This document shows, one piece after another, positions 19,558 through 29,464 of a DNA stretch of 64,000 nucleotides. The stretch covers positions 969 through 64,968 of the forward strand of contig JAHEJX010000213.1 of NCBI GenBank assembly GCA_024638645.1, given 5' to 3'. Both the position numbers and the translations under genes were made by a program. Numbering within the stretch: position 1 is the stretch's first letter; each line of letters begins with the position of its first letter. The notes beneath the pieces are model-generated. The model ran no database searches. It was not told the origin of the DNA and worked only from the letters and a program-made list of their open reading frames with translations. This stretch comes from Actinomycetes bacterium (lineage in GTDB: Bacteria; Actinomycetota; Acidimicrobiia; Spongiisociales; UBA5794).

Positions 19558-19841
19558 TGCCCATCGACCGAGAGGTGCTCGAAGCGGTTCGGGAGATGGA
19601 CGAGCACGAGCTCCGTCGCCTCCTGATTCTCGCCAAAGCTCGGCTCGAGGGCAGGGGAGTGACGTTTCCAGGTGCGTCGCCCGATGTGAAACTCCGTCAG
19701 CAGGACGTCAAGTGCGGCAAAGCCACATGTACCACGTGCCCCCACGGGCCTTACTGGTATGCGTACTGGTGGGAAGACGGCAAACGCAAGTCGAAGTATC
19801 TCGGGAAACTCGAAGACTTGCCGGAAGTCGCTCGGGGCTGA
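19557..19841 (+). CDS. Small hypothetical protein with a C-x4-C-x2-C-P-H-G-P-Y-W-Y motif. GTG start overlaps the upstream stop (TAGTG).
   Basis: ORF of 94 aa, with a probable Zn-binding cluster followed by KYLGK. Confidence 0.4.
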   Translation: MPIDREVLEAVREMDEHELRRLLILAKARLEGRGVTFPGASPDVKLRQQDVKCGKATCTTCPHGPYWYAYWWEDGKRKSKYLGKLEDLPEVARG

Positions 19842-19902
19842 GCAATACCTAATCTCGACCCCGATTGTTCCAGATCCACTTTTCGCGTATTACAGTTCTC
19901 TG

Positions 19903-20109
19903 ATGGCCAGAAATAACCAGACGACGGCTGAACTCGAGTGCAAGAGCTGTGGATCGACGGCGGTCATCGAGATCGACCTGACACTCCCGGACGGCACGGA
20001 GGTCACATTCAATTCCTGCCACAAGTGTGAGGCGCGGTGGTGGCGACAGGGGGCGAAGAAGCTCGACCTCGAAGTAGTCCTCGACTTGGCCCGCAAGCCG
20101 CGCTCGTGA
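19903..20109 (+). CDS. Small zinc-ribbon protein (two CxxC pairs). An internal ATG is chosen over the ORF-track extension.
   Basis: ECKSCGS....SCHKCEARWW. The upstream extension is low-complexity and lacks an RBS. Confidence 0.4.
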   Translation: MARNNQTTAELECKSCGSTAVIEIDLTLPDGTEVTFNSCHKCEARWWRQGAKKLDLEVVLDLARKPRS

Positions 20110-20150
20110 CCGCCTAGAACAATTCCTCAGCAGCGCTAGCCTTTTCCTGC

Positions 20151-22439
20151 ATGTCGGCCCCACCTGATCTCGCGCCGCTACCACCTCCGCCGACTCGACG
20201 GCGCTCGATGCGCGACCCAAGAGTCATCGCACTCATCGGCGTCGGGTTGCCGACCCTCCTGATCCTGTTGATCATGGCCGGCTTCATTGGTCAGGTTCAG
20301 CAAACCAGTGGATTCCCCTACTTCAGTGTCGATTTCGGGTGGCCGGCTCTGTTGACCGCCAACACGCCGACCGGGGGAGACATGGGCGCCCATGTTCTCG
20401 TGCCCTCCATTCTGAGAGATGATCTCCTCCCCGATTTCCGGCTGATCGGCTGGAGCAACGACTGGTATGCCGGATTCCCCGCGCTCTATTTCTATTTTCC
20501 GCTGCCGGCGCTCTTCACGATCCTGCTCGACGTGTTTCTCCCTTACGGGGTGGCGTTCAAGATCACGGCTTCGCTCGGAGTGATTGCGCTTCCCTTCGGT
20601 GCTTACGTGCTGGCCCGAGGAATCGGGTATTCCAGGGTGGTTTCGACGATCACCGCTGCAACCGCCTCGATGTACGTGTTCATGGAGAGCTTCAGCATCT
20701 TCGGCGGCAACATCAAGTCGACCATGGCGGGCGAGTTCTCGTTCGCTTGGTCGCTTTCGCTGTCCCTCATGTATCTCGGGACGATCATCAAAGACACTCG
20801 AAAAGGAGGACGGTTCTCTCCGCTTGCCGCGGTTCTCCTCGCATTGACGGCTTTGAGCCATGTCGTCACGACGATGGTGGTGGTCCTGGTATCGCTGCCA
20901 CTGCTCGTGCGTCGTCGCGGGGGACGGGTGCTCGGCATGTCGTGGCTGCTCGGCTTCGCCATCGCCGCCATCTGGGCTCTTCCCTTCCTGATAAGAGCGG
21001 TGGTGCCTAACTTGACAGGCGATCCGCTCACAACAGACATGGGATGGAACCCGGTTACCGGTTTGATCGGCGGCAGCTTTGCGCCCGGCACCATTTCGAC
21101 GCCTCTGCCCAACGAATTCATTCCGATATTCGTGCTTGCGCTCGTCGGTATCGCTTGGTCGCTGCTTCGTCGCGACCGAGTTGCCGTGCCGCTCGTAATG
21201 ATGGTCGTGCCGGCTTTCGTGTACTGGATCATGCAGCTGCCGGACTTCCCGTTCACCGCGATCTACAACGGGCGATTCCTGCCGTACTGGTTCCTCGGTG
21301 GATTCATCTTCGCCGGAATCGCTATCGGCCTCGGGGTTACCACGGTCGCTCGCTGGGTTCCGGAGCGGTCCTCCAACATGATCGTCGGCGTTGGCTTGGC
21401 GACGGTGTTGCTGATGACAATCACGGTGGCGGGAATCCATGACGTGCCCGGCTGGGTGCGCTGGAACTACTCGGGCTACGAGGGCAAGGACGTGTTCCGT
21501 GAATACGAATCGCTCATGACCGAGATCAGTGCGCTGCCGGACGGCCGTGTCATGTGGGAGGCCAACAGCGACTTGGGCCGCTACGGGACGCCGATGGCGT
21601 TGATGCTCACGCCGTATTGGAGCGACGGCCATCCGTCGATGGAGGGTCTTCTGTTCGAGTCGTCCCTCACGACGCCGTTCCACTTCTTGAACGCTGCGGA
21701 GGTGAGCCAGTCGCCGTCGAATCCGGTGCGCGGTCTCACGTATCGCTCTCTCGACTTCGCACGGGCGGTCGAGCACCTCGGTCTGTACGACGTCAGCTAC
21801 TACGTGGCCTGGACTGATGAAGCCAAATCTGCGGCGACCGAGTTTGGGCTCAAGCGGGTCTCGCAGACCGATCCTTTCGACGTCTTCCTCCTACCCGACG
21901 CGGCCCCTATCGACGTTGCCGCGGTTCAGCCGACCGTCTTCGAGGGAGACGACTTCCTCGAAGCCGCCCTCAACTGGTACGACGACGTCGAGAATCTCGA
22001 CCGCTGGCTCGTCGCGGACGGCCCGCCGGCTTGGCCGAGAGCGTCCGATCCGCAAGGCCCCTTCGCCGGTGGTGCCTTGATCGGAAGCGCCGGGAGCGTG
22101 AGCGACGTGGATATCACCGACCACCGCATCTCATTCAGGACAACGGCCATAGGGGTGCCCCATCTGATCAAGGTTTCCTACTTCCCGAACTGGGAAGCGA
22201 CGGGCGCCGAAGGCCCATACAAAGCAGCTCCTTCGCTGATGGTTGTGATTCCCACAGACGAAGAAGTGGTGCTTGAGTTTGCCCGCACTTGGGCCGAGAA
22301 CCTGGGCATGCTCTCAACATTCGGATCCGTTGCCGGATTGATCTATTTCGCGGTGCGTCGGCGTCGTGACCGCAACGGTGCACCGATACCGAATCTCGAC
22401 AGCCCGGTGCTCAACACCAGGTTCGGTGATTCGCCATGA
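20151..22439 (+). CDS. GT-C-fold polytopic membrane glycosyltransferase (YfhO/GtrC-like), the terminal enzyme of a polyprenyl-P-sugar triad
   Basis: More than 12 TM helices plus a ~300-aa C-terminal extracytoplasmic domain. It is translationally coupled (ATGA) to the downstream gtrA. Confidence 0.6.
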   Translation: MSAPPDLAPLPPPPTRRRSMRDPRVIALIGVGLPTLLILLIMAGFIGQVQQTSGFPYFSVDFGWPALLTANTPTGGDMGAHVLVPSILRDDLLPDFRLIGWSNDWYAGFPALYFYFPLPALFTILLDVFLPYGVAFKITASLGVIALPFGAYVLARGIGYSRVVSTITAATASMYVFMESFSIFGGNIKSTMAGEFSFAWSLSLSLMYLGTIIKDTRKGGRFSPLAAVLLALTALSHVVTTMVVVLVSLPLLVRRRGGRVLGMSWLLGFAIAAIWALPFLIRAVVPNLTGDPLTTDMGWNPVTGLIGGSFAPGTISTPLPNEFIPIFVLALVGIAWSLLRRDRVAVPLVMMVVPAFVYWIMQLPDFPFTAIYNGRFLPYWFLGGFIFAGIAIGLGVTTVARWVPERSSNMIVGVGLATVLLMTITVAGIHDVPGWVRWNYSGYEGKDVFREYESLMTEISALPDGRVMWEANSDLGRYGTPMALMLTPYWSDGHPSMEGLLFESSLTTPFHFLNAAEVSQSPSNPVRGLTYRSLDFARAVEHLGLYDVSYYVAWTDEAKSAATEFGLKRVSQTDPFDVFLLPDAAPIDVAAVQPTVFEGDDFLEAALNWYDDVENLDRWLVADGPPAWPRASDPQGPFAGGALIGSAGSVSDVDITDHRISFRTTAIGVPHLIKVSYFPNWEATGAEGPYKAAPSLMVVIPTDEEVVLEFARTWAENLGMLSTFGSVAGLIYFAVRRRRDRNGAPIPNLDSPVLNTRFGDSP

Positions 22440-22930
22440 AGAACTATCTGAGATCGTTCGCGAATAGCGAGTCGATGGTTCAGGTCGTCAAAGTCGGCAT
22501 CATTGGGGTTCTGAACACGGTGGTATCGCTCTTGCTGTTCAGTATCTTGCTTGTGGTGCTCGGCGGAGAAGCAGAGCGCACAGATGGCTTCGACATATCG
22601 GTGTTCCTCGCAACAACTATTGCCTTTGCCCTCACCACCTTGATGTCGTACATCCTCAACCGGAGGTGGACATTCCAGCTCGATCAGGCCACCGGGGGTG
22701 GTGGCGAAACGGCCAAGTTCTTCGCAATCAACGGCGTTGCCCTCCTCGTCACGAACGTCGTCGTGAGCGGAGCCAACGCCGTCTGGGGCCCGATGTCAGA
22801 TACCGGCCTGCGGATTGCATATATCGGTGCCGCCGTCTTGATCATCCTGCCCAAGTTCGCGGGCTATCGCGACGTAGTGTTCAAAAAGGCCATGAAGGGT
22901 TCATCGGCGGAGGCCGGCACCAAGGTCTGA
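22436..22930 (+). CDS. GtrA-family small membrane protein (putative polyprenyl-P-sugar flippase)
   Basis: About 160 aa with 4 TM helices and the GtrA-like signature (VKVGIIGVLNT..S, FAINGVALL). Confidence 0.8.
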   Translation: MKNYLRSFANSESMVQVVKVGIIGVLNTVVSLLLFSILLVVLGGEAERTDGFDISVFLATTIAFALTTLMSYILNRRWTFQLDQATGGGGETAKFFAINGVALLVTNVVVSGANAVWGPMSDTGLRIAYIGAAVLIILPKFAGYRDVVFKKAMKGSSAEAGTKV

Positions 22931-22947
22931 GTCAATGCTCGGTGAAG

Positions 22948-23652
22948 TCATGACTTGGGGAGCGCCTTTCTGATCTTCCAAACGCCCTTGAGTGTCCGCG
23001 GTACTCGCTTGAGCAAGCTCGACTTGGTTTCCCGTTGTTCCTCAACGACGATCGGCAATTCCTTGATGCGCCAGCCCTGTCTCTCCGCTCGAATGACCAA
23101 CTCGGTGTCGAATAGGTCTTGCCGGGAAATCACATCGTTGGCCACGTCCGCAATCACCTCGCGCCGCAGCGCCTTGATTCCGTGAGTGTCCGATACCTTC
23201 GAGCCGAGCATCAGTCGGAGTATCTGGTTGAAGGTCCAGGTAGCGAGGCGACGAAGCGGGCTCCGTCTGTCCTCTGATTCCGGGTCGAGCTTGGAGGCGA
23301 GGATGACGTCTGCCGAGTCGGCGAGGGCCACCACCTTCGCCATGAATGGCCCGGAGAAGTAATCGATATCGGAGTTGCACACCCAGTCGCCCGTGGCAGC
23401 GAGGAACCCGGCTCGCATGGCTCCGCCGTAGTCCGGTTCCGGGAGCTCGAGCACAGTTAGGTTGGGATACGTCGCACCGAGCTCGCGGCCAAGGTCGGCC
23501 GTTCCATCGGTTGAGCCGTTCTCGGCAAGTATCACGTCGACGGCGGCGTCGACCTGTTCCAGTTCCCCGTAGAGGGTTTCGAGGGCGCCCGGCAGAAACC
23601 CAGCCTCGTTGTAGACGGGAATGACGAGCGACATGGTGAGCTGTTGCGACAT
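22948..23652 (-). CDS. GT2 polyprenyl-phosphate glycosyltransferase (Ppm1/GtrB/CsbB-like)
   Basis: LVIPVYNE...ILAENGSTDGT...DIDY (DxD) matches the dolichol-P-mannose synthase-like family. Confidence 0.8.
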   Translation of the reverse strand: MSQQLTMSLVIPVYNEAGFLPGALETLYGELEQVDAAVDVILAENGSTDGTADLGRELGATYPNLTVLELPEPDYGGAMRAGFLAATGDWVCNSDIDYFSGPFMAKVVALADSADVILASKLDPESEDRRSPLRRLATWTFNQILRLMLGSKVSDTHGIKALRREVIADVANDVISRQDLFDTELVIRAERQGWRIKELPIVVEEQRETKSSLLKRVPRTLKGVWKIRKALPKS

Positions 23653-23767
23653 AGCGGCGGGGATAGTAATTGTGAGCAGCCCTTATCGGCTTGGGCTGCT
23701 TCCGCCCGGCGGTTCCGGAGCGAAGACCCGACGATGCAGCTGACCCGCTGCGTTCCCGGCGCTACCG

Positions 23768-25111
23768 TTGGCACATATGGATCTCAACAGCATTTTCAAG
23801 GCCTATGACATTCGGGGTCTCGCCCCCGAGCAGCTGACGACCGAAGCGGCCCGGGCGATCGGCATCGGTTTCGCCGACTTCGCCCAGGTACCGGCGATCG
23901 CCGTCGGTCACGACTGCAGGCTGACCTCGCCTGCCCTATCCGACGCGGTGATCGAAGGCATCACAAGCCGGGGCACCGATGTTGTCTACCTCGGCGAGAT
24001 CACAACCGACATGCTGTACTACTACTCCGGTGCCGAGGACCTGCCCGGCCTCGTCATAACCGCATCGCACAATCCCCCTGAGTACAACGGCATGAAGCTC
24101 TGTCTCGCCGGTGCGGCGCCGGTCGGTGCCGATACGGGCCTCGAAGAGATCAAAGCGATTGCGCTCGATCCTCAGCCGACGAGCGCCGTTGTTGGGTCGG
24201 TGGCTGAGCGGGACGCACTTGCCGGATACGTGGATCACCTGTTCTCGATCGTCGATGTCGACACCTTCCAGCCGATGCGCGTCGCCATCGACGGCGGAAA
24301 CGGGATGGCCGGAGTGGCCGTTCCCGAGGTGTTCAGCCGCACGCCCGCAGACGTGATCGGGCTCTATCTCGAGCCGGACGGCACCTTTCCCAATCATCCG
24401 GCCGATCCACTGCGTCCCGAGAACCTCGTCGACCTGCAGGCTGTGATGGAAAAGGAGAAGCCGTCACTAGGTATCGCGTTCGACGGCGATGCGGATCGCG
24501 CCTTCTTTGTGGACGATCAGGGCGTTGCCTTACCCGGCAGCACCACCACTGCCATCATCGCGGACTGGTTCCTGAAGAGAGAGCCGGGCGCCAAGGTCGT
24601 GCACAACCTGATCTGCTCGAAGGCCGTGCCGGAGACCGTACGCGCTGCGGGCGGTGAGCCGATCCGCACCAGGGTCGGGCACTCGTACATCAAGCAGGTG
24701 ATGAAGGAGACCGGAGCCATCTTCGGCGGTGAACATTCCGCGCACTTCTACTTCCGGGACAACTACCGAGCCGACTCCGGCATCCTCGCTTCGCTCGTGT
24801 TGCTCCAGATCATGTCTGAGGATGGTCGGCCGCTCTCCGAGATCAGGATGGACTACGAGCCGTACGCACAGTCCGGTGAGGTGAACTTCAAGGTCGATTC
24901 CAAGGCAGATGCGGTTGCAGCGGTCGAGGTGGCTTTCGCGCCCGGAGTGCCGGATCGTCTCGACGGCTTGACAGTTGACTTGGGGGACCGGTGGCTGAAT
25001 CTCCGTCCGTCGAACACGGAGCCCGTCCTGCGGCTCAACGTCGAAGCGCCGACTGCCCAAGACGTGGCGGCGATAGTGAGTCAGGTGAGCGAGATTCTGG
25101 GGAGGTATTGA
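23768..25111 (+). CDS. manB: Phosphomannomutase/phosphoglucomutase
   Basis: TASHNPPEYNGMK active-site serine loop and an alpha-D-phosphohexomutase domain order. Confidence 0.85.
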   Translation: MAHMDLNSIFKAYDIRGLAPEQLTTEAARAIGIGFADFAQVPAIAVGHDCRLTSPALSDAVIEGITSRGTDVVYLGEITTDMLYYYSGAEDLPGLVITASHNPPEYNGMKLCLAGAAPVGADTGLEEIKAIALDPQPTSAVVGSVAERDALAGYVDHLFSIVDVDTFQPMRVAIDGGNGMAGVAVPEVFSRTPADVIGLYLEPDGTFPNHPADPLRPENLVDLQAVMEKEKPSLGIAFDGDADRAFFVDDQGVALPGSTTTAIIADWFLKREPGAKVVHNLICSKAVPETVRAAGGEPIRTRVGHSYIKQVMKETGAIFGGEHSAHFYFRDNYRADSGILASLVLLQIMSEDGRPLSEIRMDYEPYAQSGEVNFKVDSKADAVAAVEVAFAPGVPDRLDGLTVDLGDRWLNLRPSNTEPVLRLNVEAPTAQDVAAIVSQVSEILGRY

Positions 25112-25290
25112 TGGCTCTGCTTCCCGACGGATTGCTCGAGATCATGCAGTGTCCCAAGTGTGCGGGATCCCTCGCGGAGAGAGAAGAACCTCCTTCGCTT
25201 GTGTGCTCGCTCTGTCGAATCGCATACCCCGTCGAAGAAGGAGGCATCCCGGTGATGCTCGAAGAGGCGGCAAAGCCGCTCGACGACTAG
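25111..25290 (+). CDS. Trm112-family small zinc-finger protein
   Basis: LLEIM.CP.C...L......L.C..C...YPV..GIPVML. ATG overlaps the manB stop (TGATG). Confidence 0.7.
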   Translation: MALLPDGLLEIMQCPKCAGSLAEREEPPSLVCSLCRIAYPVEEGGIPVMLEEAAKPLDD

Positions 25291-25355
25291 GTATTGCGGA
25301 TCGCGACAGGTCAACGGCGGTTAGCCTTGCGCCGGCACCGCCGGGGAGGAATCCG

Positions 25356-26612
25356 TTGACCACTGCACAGAACGACATCGCCGACATCTCGCTCGCCGAG
25401 CTCGGCCACCGCAGAATCGAATGGGCTGCGCGCCGTATGTCGGTACTCGCAACCATTCGACAGCGCTTTGAGAAGGAACAGCCGTTTGCAGGCAAGCGCA
25501 TCGGCGCCTGCATGCATGTCACGACGGAAACCGCCAATCTCATGCTGGCCCTTCGCGCCGGTGGAGCTGAGGTGGCGCTTTGTGCGTCGAATCCGCTGTC
25601 GACCCAGGACGATGTGGCGGCCGCTCTTGTCGATCAAGGAATGGCCGTCTACGCCGTTCGCGGCGAGGACTCGGATACCTTCTACGAGCACATCAACGCC
25701 GTCCTGGACACAGAACCGCACATCGTGTTCGACGACGGCGCTGACACCACAACAGTGCTTCATCGGCAGCGTGCGTCACAGGAGATCGTCGGTGGGCTCG
25801 AAGAAACGACGACCGGTGTCATCCGCCTCAAGGCAATGGCCGCCGACGGTGTTCTGCGTTTCCCCGTGGTTGCGGTCAACGACTCGCGAACGAAGCACCT
25901 CTTCGACAACCGCCACGGCACCGGCCAGTCGTCGTTGGACGGCATCTTGCGGGCCGCCAACGTCTTGTTCGCGGGGCGCAGGGTCGTGGTAGCCGGTTAC
26001 GGAGATTGTGGCTGGGGGATCGCCGAACGGGCCAAGGGAATGGGCGCCGACGTCATCGTCACCGAGATCGATCCGGTACGGGCCGTGTCCGCCGCGATGA
26101 ACGGCCACCGCGTGATGACATCTCTCGACGCAGCTCGTGAGGGCGACATCTTCATCACGGCGACGGGCAATATCCATGTCTTCCGCGAGGAACACTTCGC
26201 AGTCATGAAGGACGGCGCGATCATGGCCAATGCCGGCCACTTCGACGTTGAGCTCGACCTTGCCAAGCTCGAAGAGATGGCTGAGGCGAATCGGGAGCTT
26301 CGCCCCAACCTCCAGGAGTACCTGATGGACGACGGGCGCCGTCTCATGGTTGTGGCTGAGGGCCGATTGGTGAACCTGGGCGCAGCCGAAGGCCACCCCG
26401 CAGATGTGATGGACATGTCGTTCTCGGCACAAGCGCTTTCGGCAGAGTGGCTGTTCCAAGTTCACGAGTCCCTGGACAACCAGGTCTACGTGATGCCGGT
26501 AGACCTCGACAACGAGGTGGCGAGGCTCAAACTGGCGGCCATGGGCGGTGGTCTCGAGCAGCTTACGGATGAGCAAGAGCGGTACCTCGCAAGCTGGGAC
26601 CAGGGGACTTAA
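25356..26612 (+). CDS. ahcY: Adenosylhomocysteinase. TTG start 6 nt after GGGGAGGA.
   Basis: DISLAELGHRRIEWA N-terminus, NAD-binding GYGDCGWG and a C-terminal SAHH fold. The ORF-track N-terminal extension overlaps trm112 and is rejected. Confidence 0.9.
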   Translation: MTTAQNDIADISLAELGHRRIEWAARRMSVLATIRQRFEKEQPFAGKRIGACMHVTTETANLMLALRAGGAEVALCASNPLSTQDDVAAALVDQGMAVYAVRGEDSDTFYEHINAVLDTEPHIVFDDGADTTTVLHRQRASQEIVGGLEETTTGVIRLKAMAADGVLRFPVVAVNDSRTKHLFDNRHGTGQSSLDGILRAANVLFAGRRVVVAGYGDCGWGIAERAKGMGADVIVTEIDPVRAVSAAMNGHRVMTSLDAAREGDIFITATGNIHVFREEHFAVMKDGAIMANAGHFDVELDLAKLEEMAEANRELRPNLQEYLMDDGRRLMVVAEGRLVNLGAAEGHPADVMDMSFSAQALSAEWLFQVHESLDNQVYVMPVDLDNEVARLKLAAMGGGLEQLTDEQERYLASWDQGT

Positions 26613-26816
26613 GGGTTTCCCAGCAAGCAGGCTTGCTGCATTTCTCGCGGCAGCGGACGGTGTCCGCTTCCACTCGCAGTTGTGCGACTAGCGGCCGACG
26701 CTCGTTTGCTCGCCTCGGGTAATCGCCTCTTCGGCTCGGTGCAGTGGGGCGCGGGAGGCTCTCCCCTCCGATCCCCTCATCAGCTCACCGCTCAGCAGAG
26801 GAGATCGGGGCATGAG

Positions 26817-27365
26817 TCACAGCGGACATCCTCTCGCGTTCCACTCTGTTGACCACCCGAATCTCCCCCATTGGCGCTGATAGTTCGTCGTCGAGCTGAA
26901 TCCCCCGTTGCTACATCTCACCACGTTGGTGACCGTTATCCGCACCAAGGTCCCGTCGCCCTCGAGGCAATAGACCGGGCCCCGGTTCTCAATCGTCGGT
27001 CCGTTGATGTCAGTGCAGCCGGCCGGTGTGATGGGGACCTGATCTATGCCAAAGATTGCGAGTCCTTCCAGGGCGGCGACGGCTCCGACAACAACAGCGG
27101 CTTTGGCGGCAATGTGCCAGGGCTGGCGCCGCATCAGTCCGATCAGGCCGGCCCCTATGGCGAGTAGGCCGAGAGCGGTGAGTGCCGTTCTCCACCGACC
27201 CATGACGCCACTGCCGACGTAGGGGGACCCTGCCGCGAGCGACGTACCTATCGCAATCGCGCCGGCCCACAACGCGACGAGGTCCCACACGTGCTGAGTT
27301 GACCGGTCGCTGGATTGCTCGTCGGATGCTTCCGGCGATTGCTCGAGCTCGCTCATGAGGTCCAA
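26817..27365 (-). CDS. Hypothetical membrane protein with an acidic N-terminus and 3 TM helices
   Basis: Hydrophobicity pattern only. Confidence 0.35.
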   Translation of the reverse strand: MDLMSELEQSPEASDEQSSDRSTQHVWDLVALWAGAIAIGTSLAAGSPYVGSGVMGRWRTALTALGLLAIGAGLIGLMRRQPWHIAAKAAVVVGAVAALEGLAIFGIDQVPITPAGCTDINGPTIENRGPVYCLEGDGTLVRITVTNVVRCSNGGFSSTTNYQRQWGRFGWSTEWNARGCPL

Positions 27366-27460
27366 TCCCGGGCTGTTGCCGTGATCTCGTTGTCGACCTT
27401 ATCGACAGGATGGGGTATCGAGTTGTCCGGTTCTAGACAGCACGCCCGCTTGTATCCGCC

Positions 27461-29311
27461 CTACGGCGTCGGGCTCGAATCTTCATCGCGTCTCTGGATC
27501 TCGACGACGCGGGGATTGCGCTCCCGCAGGTCGACCAGCGCGGTGGATCCGGCGAGGGCTGCTGTCTCGGCTTCTCGCAAGACATCGATGATCTCGTCCC
27601 CGACCAACTCCTCGCGCTCCAGGAGCGCTTGGCGGAGGGCGTCAACCAGGTAGCGGTGGTCGGCCAGGATCGCCGTTGTGTCGTGCTTGGCATCCAACAG
27701 GATGCGGTCTACGGCCTTGCGAGCTTTTGGGTCGTTCAGCACCTGCGCTACGAAGTCGCCTGCGAAAGCACCTCCCTGGGCCGCACGGAAAGAGACGGGG
27801 GCGTCGCCAAGCCCGTACGAGCCGACCATCTCTGCCGCCAGCTTGGTTGCAGCCGCCAAATCGCCGGCGGGACCGGTGCCTGACTCGCCGAAGAAGATCT
27901 CCTCGGCCACCATCCCGCCGAACGATATCTTGAGCATCGCCTTCATCTCACTGGAACGCTGGGTGAAGCGCTCCTCCTCTTCACGATGGGTGAGCATGCC
28001 GAGCGATTCGCGACGTTTGATGATCGACAGCAGCTCCAGCTTGCGGCCGCTACCGACCACGTATGCCATTGCGGCGTGCCCCGCCTCGTGAGTGGCAATC
28101 GTGAGCCGCTCTTCGGGTGAGTAGTCGACGGGGCTGGGAAGACCGATCTCCACTTCTAGCTGGGCCTGGCGGATGTCGCCTCGCGTCAACGCCGAGCGTC
28201 CATCGCGCAACGCCTGGAGCAAGGCTTCGTCGAAGAGCCTCTCGAGGGAGGCGGGTGTATAGCCAATCGTCATGGCGGCGACGTCATCCATTGCGCCGGC
28301 GTCGTCGAGCTCAACGTCGTGGTTCTTGGAGGTGAGGAAGTATTCGACGAGTTCGAGCCGTTCGTTCCTTCCCGGCAGGCCGAAGTGCAATACCCTGTCG
28401 AACCGTCCGGGCCTCAAGAGTGCCTTGTCGAGGCTGTCGGCCCGGTTGGTCGCACCAATCAGCAGGATGTTGGCGAAGGGCGAAGCGACCGTCTTGAGCT
28501 GACGTCGCGCCGGCAGGAAACGGTTCACGAAGCGAACGATCGCATTGCGAAACCGGTCCGAGCGGGTGGGCTCGTCGAAGCTCTGCATCTGAATCAGTAG
28601 CTCGTTGACAACTCCGCCGGTGCCTTGTGATATTGCAGGCGCAACAGACAGCGCCGAGCCGACCTGCCGTGGCGACATGCCAACACCGCCACGAGCGATG
28701 CCGATGGCATCGATCTCCTCGATGAAGCCGATTGCGCCACCCTCGCGGCGGGCCACCTTGCGCAGATGGCGGAAGTAAGTGCGGATCTTGCGCGCAGTTG
28801 CGCCGTACCACATCGACTGAAACGCAGTCGATGAGACGTAGAGGAACGGCACGCCCGCCTCCTTGGCCATTGCCTTGGCAACGTGGGTCTTTCCCGTTCC
28901 CGGCGGTCCCTCGAACAGGACGCCACGACGCGGCGAGCCGCCCATCTCCTCGCGGAAACGGGCGTGGTTGAGGAAGACGTCGAGCGTGTGTCTGACCTCA
29001 TTGAGAACGGAGCCGAGACCTTTGACGTCGTCGAAGCCGACCTCGATCTGCTCGGGGAGATAGATGGTGTGTGGCGACTTGCCGGCGCCAAACATTGGGG
29101 CGATGAAGACCACTGCGAGCAGCAGGACAAGGGCTATTCCGGGGAGCCAGAAGACTGCGTCTGGTGGCAGTTCGGGCCAGCCGGGCGAAACAGGATTGCC
29201 CGTGACGATTCGCCACCACATCCAAATAGCCAGCGGCGCAAGGGCGAATACAACCCTTCGCAGCCTCCGGCGGCGGTCTCGCTCGCGCGCTGCGGCGACG
29301 TCCACCGTCAT
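27461..29311 (-). CDS. FtsH-family ATP-dependent zinc metalloprotease paralog. Start reassigned to ATG 29311 with a GGGAGGAA RBS.
   Basis: Walker A GPPGTGKT, second region of homology, and HEAGHA zinc site. Two N-terminal TM helices but no large periplasmic domain, and an insertion in the AAA module. Confidence 0.75.
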   Translation of the reverse strand: MTVDVAAARERDRRRRLRRVVFALAPLAIWMWWRIVTGNPVSPGWPELPPDAVFWLPGIALVLLLAVVFIAPMFGAGKSPHTIYLPEQIEVGFDDVKGLGSVLNEVRHTLDVFLNHARFREEMGGSPRRGVLFEGPPGTGKTHVAKAMAKEAGVPFLYVSSTAFQSMWYGATARKIRTYFRHLRKVARREGGAIGFIEEIDAIGIARGGVGMSPRQVGSALSVAPAISQGTGGVVNELLIQMQSFDEPTRSDRFRNAIVRFVNRFLPARRQLKTVASPFANILLIGATNRADSLDKALLRPGRFDRVLHFGLPGRNERLELVEYFLTSKNHDVELDDAGAMDDVAAMTIGYTPASLERLFDEALLQALRDGRSALTRGDIRQAQLEVEIGLPSPVDYSPEERLTIATHEAGHAAMAYVVGSGRKLELLSIIKRRESLGMLTHREEEERFTQRSSEMKAMLKISFGGMVAEEIFFGESGTGPAGDLAAATKLAAEMVGSYGLGDAPVSFRAAQGGAFAGDFVAQVLNDPKARKAVDRILLDAKHDTTAILADHRYLVDALRQALLEREELVGDEIIDVLREAETAALAGSTALVDLRERNPRVVEIQRRDEDSSPTP

Positions 29312-29464
29312 CGTGTTCCTCCCACTTCGTAGCCCTCCGTACACCATAAACCACTCTGAGTAGCAGGGAAGACCCACTTTGGGGTACAGCCCGGTGACTA
29401 GTGACTCCGAATCAACCGACTCGAAGGGGTCGAATCGCGGCGCCATTCTTCGTAGATTCGCCAC

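Noticed and set aside
20178-21776. 532-aa antisense ORF (and many similar ones: 2084..2929, 11247..12137, 14058..14861, 25776..26576, 35677..36660, 55758..57050, 15744..16445)
   Set aside because: They lie opposite well-supported genes (GT-C, epimerase, cofD, ahcY, secA, ptsI). They are Arg/Pro/Gly-rich with low-complexity composition typical of GC-driven spurious ORFs, and have no domain signatures.
23653-23767. Hairpin (gcagccc ttatcggctt gggctgc) between the GT2 gene and manB taken as a terminator
   Set aside because: Both flanking genes start here (divergent promoters), so a terminator role is unlikely. It may be an operator or simply structured leader, with insufficient evidence.
25149-25355. 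N-terminal extension of the ahcY ORF overlapping trm112
   Set aside because: It is Arg-rich junk in an alternative reading frame across trm112. A strong RBS plus TTG at 25356 coincides with the conserved SAHH N-terminus.
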